Part shown: positions 58,600 to 64,000 of the stretch, one piece after another | Numbering within the stretch: position 1 is the first letter of the stretch | How the letters are laid out: each line of letters starts with the position of its first letter | Source: Patescibacteria group bacterium | GTDB lineage: Bacteria > Patescibacteriota > Minisyncoccia > Phycocordibacterales > UBA9973 | DNA length: 64,000 nt | Reading direction: 5' to 3' | Assembly (NCBI GenBank): GCA_028868715.1 | Contig: JAGWUB010000002.1 | Span: 211,388-275,387, forward strand | Position numbers and translations under genes: made by a program | Notes under the pieces: generated by a model | Databases searched by the model: none | The model's input: the letters and a program-made list of their open reading frames with translations, nothing else | What the model was told of the DNA's origin: nothing

Positions 58600-58986
58600 T
58601 TATTTTTCTATAGAAATATAATTCTTTAAAAAGTACAGAACTGCTAATCCTCCACCAGCGAGATCAAAGAAGACATCCGAAATAGTATCTAAGGCATTAA
58701 ATGGTGTTTGCGCAATTATATTATAAAAAATAATTTCAAATACTTCCCAGCCAACCCCGACTACAAATACAAATAGCAGTATCTTTAAAAGCGACTTAAG
58801 TGAACTATCTTTGGGTGGAAAAAAATAAACAGAAGCTAGTCCGAGGCAAATTCCGCCCAATGTGTGCATGATCATATCAAAATACCAAATTGCAGAATAC
58901 CAGTAGAATTTATTTGCCAGCGAATTCACTAAAAAAAGAGTAACAGTTAAAAATGACAAAGTCTTTATAAGTTTTTTGCGATCCAT
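58600..58986 (-). CDS. Membrane protein (VanZ/DUF2238-like)
   Basis: FD.IMH.LGG, WE.FE, DT..D...D..G. Confidence 0.7.
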   Translation of the reverse strand: MDRKKLIKTLSFLTVTLFLVNSLANKFYWYSAIWYFDMIMHTLGGICLGLASVYFFPPKDSSLKSLLKILLFVFVVGVGWEVFEIIFYNIIAQTPFNALDTISDVFFDLAGGGLAVLYFLKNYISIEK

Positions 58987-59011
58987 CACTGAATTTTATC
59001 ATATTTCCAAG

Positions 59012-59033
59012 AAAAAACCCCGCGCGGCGGGGG
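59012..59033 (-). terminator. Intrinsic terminator of the candidate ncRNA
   Basis: CCCCGC-CGC-GCGGGG-TTTTTT on the minus strand. Confidence 0.75.
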
Positions 59034-59041
59034 TACTTCTT

Positions 59042-59164
59042 AGGACTATCTCAGATATATTACCATAGCTAAAAGCTAAGTGGGTGCGAGACGCTTATAA
59101 CCAAGGCTATAATCGATCGACGCTCCCATAAATTGTTGTCTAGGTAATAACCGGAAATAACCCT
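59042..59164 (-). ncRNA. Candidate 6S-like rod-shaped RNA
   Basis: TATAAT 6 nt upstream, end-to-end pairing with a central bubble, own terminator, no ORF. Confidence 0.65.
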
Positions 59165-59251
59165 ACTAAAATTATACTACCTCCAAATTTTTCCGCAAGA
59201 TATTTTCTAAAAAAACACAAATTTCAAATAAAAACAAGTTTGACAAAATAC

Positions 59252-59276
59252 AAAAGCCCCCACTCGGGGGCTTTTT
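59252..59276 (-). terminator. Terminator after ndk
   Basis: AAAAGCCCCC-ACTC-GGGGGCTTTT. Confidence 0.8.
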
Positions 59277-59283
59277 AACTTAA

Positions 59284-59814
59284 TTAAGAGTGCTTGTGTG
59301 AATTTCTTTTTTGAGTAAATTTTTCATGAGTGGTTTCGTAGTCAAAAAGTTCATTCTCAGAAAACCAGTGCGCAATTTCCAATTTTGCTTCTTCTTGGTC
59401 TCCAGAAGCATGCAATAAGTTTGGTAAACCAACTTCTTCTTTATCAGCATGAGCAAAACTCATGTGTGAGTAATCTCCACGAATGGTTCCAGGTAATGCA
59501 CTCTTGGATTCTGTTGGTCCAACCATTTTTCTAACAAAAGCAACGGCTTCTATTCCTTCTAAAACAAAAGCAATGACAGGGCCCTCGCTCATCATTTCTA
59601 CCGTAATATCAAATATTTTTTGATTGTGACGAGATATCATCTTGCCTATAGTTTCGTAATGATGATAATAGTGCTCTTTGTCAGGAGTCAACATCTTTGC
59701 TCCCACTATCTTAAAACCCGCCTTTTCAAAACGAGATAATATTTCTCCTACTATCCCCCGCTGTACTGAATCAGGCTTGAATATTACTAATGTTCTTTCT
59801 TGTTGATTTTTCAT
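59284..59814 (-). CDS. ndk: Nucleoside diphosphate kinase
   Basis: ERTLVIFKPD.VQR, PGTIRGD, NLLHAS. Confidence 0.95.
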   Translation of the reverse strand: MKNQQERTLVIFKPDSVQRGIVGEILSRFEKAGFKIVGAKMLTPDKEHYYHHYETIGKMISRHNQKIFDITVEMMSEGPVIAFVLEGIEAVAFVRKMVGPTESKSALPGTIRGDYSHMSFAHADKEEVGLPNLLHASGDQEEAKLEIAHWFSENELFDYETTHEKFTQKRNSHKHS

Positions 59815-59862
59815 ATGTAGCTATCTTAACAGAAAAATATATTTTTGTAAATTTATTTTAAA

Positions 59863-62643
59863 TTATTCCATTGTCCTATATCTGGCCATGATTTCGTTTT
59901 CTACCTCGGTGCGGTCGCGACCGTATTTGATATAGGAAAGTTCTTTCAAGCTATCCACGATATCTGGGTTCCCTGTTTCTGGGGCAAGAGTTTTGATGTT
60001 GAAAGGCTTGGTCGGCTGGCCATTTACCAGCATGCTCATGTAAGCATTATAGTTATCCAGTTTGGTTATATCCTGCGCTGTAAATTGAGGCTTAAATTTT
60101 TGTTCTAAAAAGTTTGCGTCTTCGGTGCCAACTCGAAAGACAGCCATAGAACCAACGTTTCCAAAAACAGCATTTTTAATTTTTTCATCTAGTTGGCTGA
60201 TGTATTGATGCGCGATATTTAATGAAAGTCGATATTTGCGAGCTTCAGACAGAATAGAAGAAATGGAATCTGTGGTGACATTTTGAAATTCGTCAATGTA
60301 AAGATAAAAGTCATTCATCGGTTTCCCAAACATATCCACTCGAGAGAGTGCTGCCATTTGAATTTTGCCCACCAAGACAAGCCCAATTAAGTTGGCATTG
60401 ATGTCTCCTAGTCGGCCCTTGGAAAGATTGACCAAGAGAATCTTTTTCTCATCCATAATTTTTCTAAAATTGAAAACTGAATTTTGTTGGAGGACCACCG
60501 GACGCATAATGTCGTTGCTGATAAAGTTGTCAAATTTTGAGGAAATATAAGGCACGAAGTTGGCTAAAGATTGATCGCCGGTTGTCTGCTCGGCATTAAT
60601 CCAAAATTGTTTAATAATTGGGTTCTTGCAACGAGCCAGTTTCATATCCCGAAACTCTTTATCGCCTAGCACCCTAGTAATTTCAAGCAAGGTTGACCCA
60701 GACTCTGGATCTTCCATCACTAAAAAGGCGCTATTTCTAAAGTATTGTTCAAACATGGCGCCACCACCAATTTTCATATCAAAAAGTTTGTTGAAAATTC
60801 CCATCATTTCGTTGACCACAAAAGTTTTCTGTTCTGGATAAGCTGGATCATATTCCAGCATATTGAGCCCCATTGGTCGCGCCGTATAGGCTGGGTCGAA
60901 ATAAATAACATCGTCAATGCGTTCTTTAGGGATACGAGACAATATAGTTTGGATATCTGTGCCGTGAGGGTCGATATAGCAACAGCCATCCCCATTTTTG
61001 ATGTCTTGAGTAATCATATTGAGCATTATGTTGGTCTTTCCGGTTCCAGTCTGACCGATGACATAAAAGTGACGCATTCTGTCTTCTCGTGCCATTTTTA
61101 CTTCAGTATCCCGACCACGGTAACTATTGATACCGAGAGTGATACCTTCGTGTCCCATTTCGATGGGCGCTGGAGCAATACCGGCCTTGGCCTCCTTGAG
61201 CTGTGGTTGACTGCCAATGCCGACAGGAAAATGAAACACAGAAGCAAGTTCTTTTAAATTCATTGGGAGCATTTTGTCGTGAGAAAAAGAACGAAATGAA
61301 AAATCATGAAATAGTTTTTTTAAATCATGGCCATGCATTTCTTCAAAAATAAAGGAGTTGCTAGCTGCTTCAGAAAATTGATTGAAGGATGATTCTATTT
61401 CTTTTAGGATGGCTTGCGCCCGCTCACGGGTTTCTCCAGAAGCGATGACTCGGATGTTGGCCTTCATGATGCTACTTTTTATCTTGTTGCTGATTTTCTC
61501 GGCTGCGCCCTCATCCACTGCGCGTCTGCCCTTCATATATTTTTCTTGATTTTTTGCTTCCGGATCTTTGGCATGCTTACCAAAAATAAGATGTTTGCCC
61601 GCTTTTAGAAAAGCTTTGTTAAATTTATAGAAATTATCGGCGGCATGCTTGACCGAATATCCGTCTTTCACATCATCTAATATTTTATGAAATTCAGTTA
61701 TAAATTTATCCCCTGCTGGAGCAACTATCAATTGAATGGCTGCGCCCTCACCTTCGGTCTGTAATTGCGAAAAAACGTTTAATATAGTGTTCATGGGGTC
61801 GTGATCTATGTTGTCATAGGTCTTGATGGGCATCACTCCCCGTTCGGTGAAAGAAGCGTAAGCTCCGACTGAACCGCCTTCTTCATTGAAGATATTGTAA
61901 TCATCGGTTACTTCGTGAACTTTGGCATTGTGATAAAAAGCCAAGATTTGCTTTTCAAAAAGTGAAATATATTTGTTTGGTATCCCAGCGTAAACTACCA
62001 CTTGATCACTTTGGTTACCGAGAGCAACTTCTAAAGTGAAATAAATTTCATCTTTGTTGAATCTATCTGCTGAGATAGACTGCATGCCAGCGTAAAATTG
62101 TTCCATCGCCCCGATAAATTCTTTGAAGCCTTTTGATTTGTCAGCCTCGTCTGTTGGCGGTGGAAGAGTTATCTCAAAAAGTGTCATGTTTAGTGATTTA
62201 TATAATGGTGTGCCTTCTTTATAATCACTCTGCAACCCTTGGGTTTGTCCTGTCTTTATATATTGAATTAAAATTCTGTGAAAGTCATCATCAATGTGCG
62301 GGTTGTTCATCCCTTCTATCACCGAGAGAGCATTACGAACTCCTTTAGTGATCACAATACCTAAAAGCTCTTCCATGACTATGTCGTGTGGTTCAGGTTT
62401 GAGCGCCAAAACTATATTTTCTTTATCGCGCTTTTCTAAGGCGTGGCTCGGATGAATTACTTTCTCAACTGGAATATTTTTATATGCTCCGACGACATCT
62501 CTGACCGCATTGTCACCGGCATGTTCAAAGCGCCCTTTTTTAATTAGATCCGCTTCCCTTTTAGCTACATGCGCTCGTAAATAATTAAGCTCCTCTTCTG
62601 GAGTCTTGAACTTTGGCATTTCCTTAAAAAATGTAGGTTCCAT
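59863..62643 (-). CDS. VirD4/TraG-HerA-like P-loop ATPase
   Basis: DRMRH.YVIGQTGTGKT, IDPHG, YIDEFQN, LSEARKY. Confidence 0.85.
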   Translation of the reverse strand: MEPTFFKEMPKFKTPEEELNYLRAHVAKREADLIKKGRFEHAGDNAVRDVVGAYKNIPVEKVIHPSHALEKRDKENIVLALKPEPHDIVMEELLGIVITKGVRNALSVIEGMNNPHIDDDFHRILIQYIKTGQTQGLQSDYKEGTPLYKSLNMTLFEITLPPPTDEADKSKGFKEFIGAMEQFYAGMQSISADRFNKDEIYFTLEVALGNQSDQVVVYAGIPNKYISLFEKQILAFYHNAKVHEVTDDYNIFNEEGGSVGAYASFTERGVMPIKTYDNIDHDPMNTILNVFSQLQTEGEGAAIQLIVAPAGDKFITEFHKILDDVKDGYSVKHAADNFYKFNKAFLKAGKHLIFGKHAKDPEAKNQEKYMKGRRAVDEGAAEKISNKIKSSIMKANIRVIASGETRERAQAILKEIESSFNQFSEAASNSFIFEEMHGHDLKKLFHDFSFRSFSHDKMLPMNLKELASVFHFPVGIGSQPQLKEAKAGIAPAPIEMGHEGITLGINSYRGRDTEVKMAREDRMRHFYVIGQTGTGKTNIMLNMITQDIKNGDGCCYIDPHGTDIQTILSRIPKERIDDVIYFDPAYTARPMGLNMLEYDPAYPEQKTFVVNEMMGIFNKLFDMKIGGGAMFEQYFRNSAFLVMEDPESGSTLLEITRVLGDKEFRDMKLARCKNPIIKQFWINAEQTTGDQSLANFVPYISSKFDNFISNDIMRPVVLQQNSVFNFRKIMDEKKILLVNLSKGRLGDINANLIGLVLVGKIQMAALSRVDMFGKPMNDFYLYIDEFQNVTTDSISSILSEARKYRLSLNIAHQYISQLDEKIKNAVFGNVGSMAVFRVGTEDANFLEQKFKPQFTAQDITKLDNYNAYMSMLVNGQPTKPFNIKTLAPETGNPDIVDSLKELSYIKYGRDRTEVENEIMARYRTME

Positions 62644-62697
62644 TATTCCAATTATACCCCGTAGTGAATTTTTTACAAAATTAGTATACTAGTATAT

Positions 62698-63552
62698 ATG
62701 AAAGAAGGAGTGCCACCAAGTAAAATAGATAAATTAAGAAGGTTTGTCGAAGTCTCTAGGGAAACTACGGAGAAAATACACAGGGGGTCTGGTACTGATA
62801 TGAATAATACTGGATCAAAAAAACAAATCATATATAGAAATATCAAAGAAGCAAGGTCCGTAAAAAAACTAGAAGAAAGTTACCAAGACGGATGGACTCA
62901 TACAGATTCTGATCTGGTGAACGGATATCAGGCATTTGGTAAGGTATTTGAAAATGTAATACCAAAATATTATAAAAACATTCGTGAGTATATAGAGAAA
63001 AAGCTAGAAACTAAAGAGGGTTCTGTTGTTCTTTTAGAACTAGGAGGGGTGGCTTCTAATCTAAGTAGAGATTTTACTACTGGATTTTTAAAAAAATCTG
63101 CTGGAGTTTCACTGACGGATCTAAGACGTTCAGAATCCAGAAAAAATTCTGACAACATATTTCATCATAAAGTGATAATCGGTAATATATTTTCAGAAGA
63201 AACTCGTAAAAAAATTGAAAATTGGCTCAGGGAAGATAAGGTGGATATTATATTTGAGAAAATGGGTGGAGCATTACGTTCCATACCAAGCCATCCTACC
63301 CAATGGATAGATGAACTAAGATGGATATATAAGTTAAGTTCAGATAGAGCAATATTTTTTCTTCAAATTGCTTACAAAGAAAACAATCAATACCCTCCAA
63401 TCGTTTCCGCCAAAATAATAAAACCTTGGATAAAAATGATTGAGAGAAAATTCGAAGGTAAACTTGAAGTTGCTTGGGATGGAAATGTAATGCGAATAAC
63501 AAAACTAGAAGGTGCTCCAGAAGAATTACCTGAATTAGATATTATTCCTTAA
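62698..63552 (+). CDS. Hypothetical protein (possible degenerate SAM-methyltransferase fold)
   Basis: LLELGG, GVSLTD, IIGNIF, VDII. Confidence 0.55.
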   Translation: MKEGVPPSKIDKLRRFVEVSRETTEKIHRGSGTDMNNTGSKKQIIYRNIKEARSVKKLEESYQDGWTHTDSDLVNGYQAFGKVFENVIPKYYKNIREYIEKKLETKEGSVVLLELGGVASNLSRDFTTGFLKKSAGVSLTDLRRSESRKNSDNIFHHKVIIGNIFSEETRKKIENWLREDKVDIIFEKMGGALRSIPSHPTQWIDELRWIYKLSSDRAIFFLQIAYKENNQYPPIVSAKIIKPWIKMIERKFEGKLEVAWDGNVMRITKLEGAPEELPELDIIP

Positions 63553-64000
63553 ATTTTAGTTAAAATTTCTGGGTCACCGTCGGTGATGAGAATGGTATGT
63601 TCAAAATGAGCACTTCGTTTTCCGTCAGCGGTGTGAAAAGTATAATCATCTTCGTCTAAGGTCACATGCTTTGTACCATGATTTAACATCGGCTCTAGCG
63701 CTATAACCATTCCAGGAACTATTTTGGCACCAGTGCCAGCTTTGCCAAAATTTGGGATAAAGGGGTCTTCATGAATTTCTCGCCCGACACCGTGCCCAGC
63801 CAAAACCTCTACGATCCCGTACTTATTGCCAGCCCTAGAACGCACAAAACGTTCTATACTACTACTTATATCTCCAATCCTATTACCGACACGCGCAGCC
63901 TCAATCCCTACCTTTAGGGCCTTCTCTGTGGTGTCTATAAGTTTTTGGTCTCCGGAGCTAATTTCCCCCACCCCAGTCGTAAGGGCCATATCGGTAAAAA
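63549..64000 (-). CDS. map: Type I methionine aminopeptidase (5' end outside window)
   Basis: GHGVG...HEDP, ALEPM, SAHFEHT. Confidence 0.95.
   Translation of the reverse strand, partial: FTDMALTTGVGEISSGDQKLIDTTEKALKVGIEAARVGNRIGDISSSIERFVRSRAGNKYGIVEVLAGHGVGREIHEDPFIPNFGKAGTGAKIVPGMVIALEPMLNHGTKHVTLDEDDYTFHTADGKRSAHFEHTILITDGDPEILTKI

Overview
AT-rich, gene-dense bacterial chromosome segment (genetic code 11). Gene content points to a Patescibacteria/CPR (Parcubacteria-like) genome, which is an inference. Core genes include secG, rnj, htrA, pyrG, ftsEX, a truncated prfB, recG, ftsH, smpB-ssrA, infC-rpmI-rplT, ndk and map, plus 6 tRNAs and a csoR-copA copper operon. Highlights: (1) a two-locus vitamin B12 scavenging system, with a cobalamin riboswitch controlling two exported DUF4430/transcobalamin-like proteins and a separate S-component-nrdJ-pduO operon; (2) two tandem covarying ~68-nt hairpins at 813-1035, each behind an ECF-type promoter motif that recurs elsewhere in the window; (3) an unannotated 6S-like rod RNA with its own promoter and terminator at 59012-59176; (4) apparently leaderless architecture, with a -10 box 6-8 nt before the start codon for about 27 genes; (5) a tRNA-Ile with a UAU anticodon; (6) a polyprenyl-phospho-pentose pathway cluster; (7) a divergent Sir2-like gene beside tRNA-Gln. 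No CRISPR array, rRNA, transposase or integrase was seen. All family assignments are by-eye motif recognition, not database searches.
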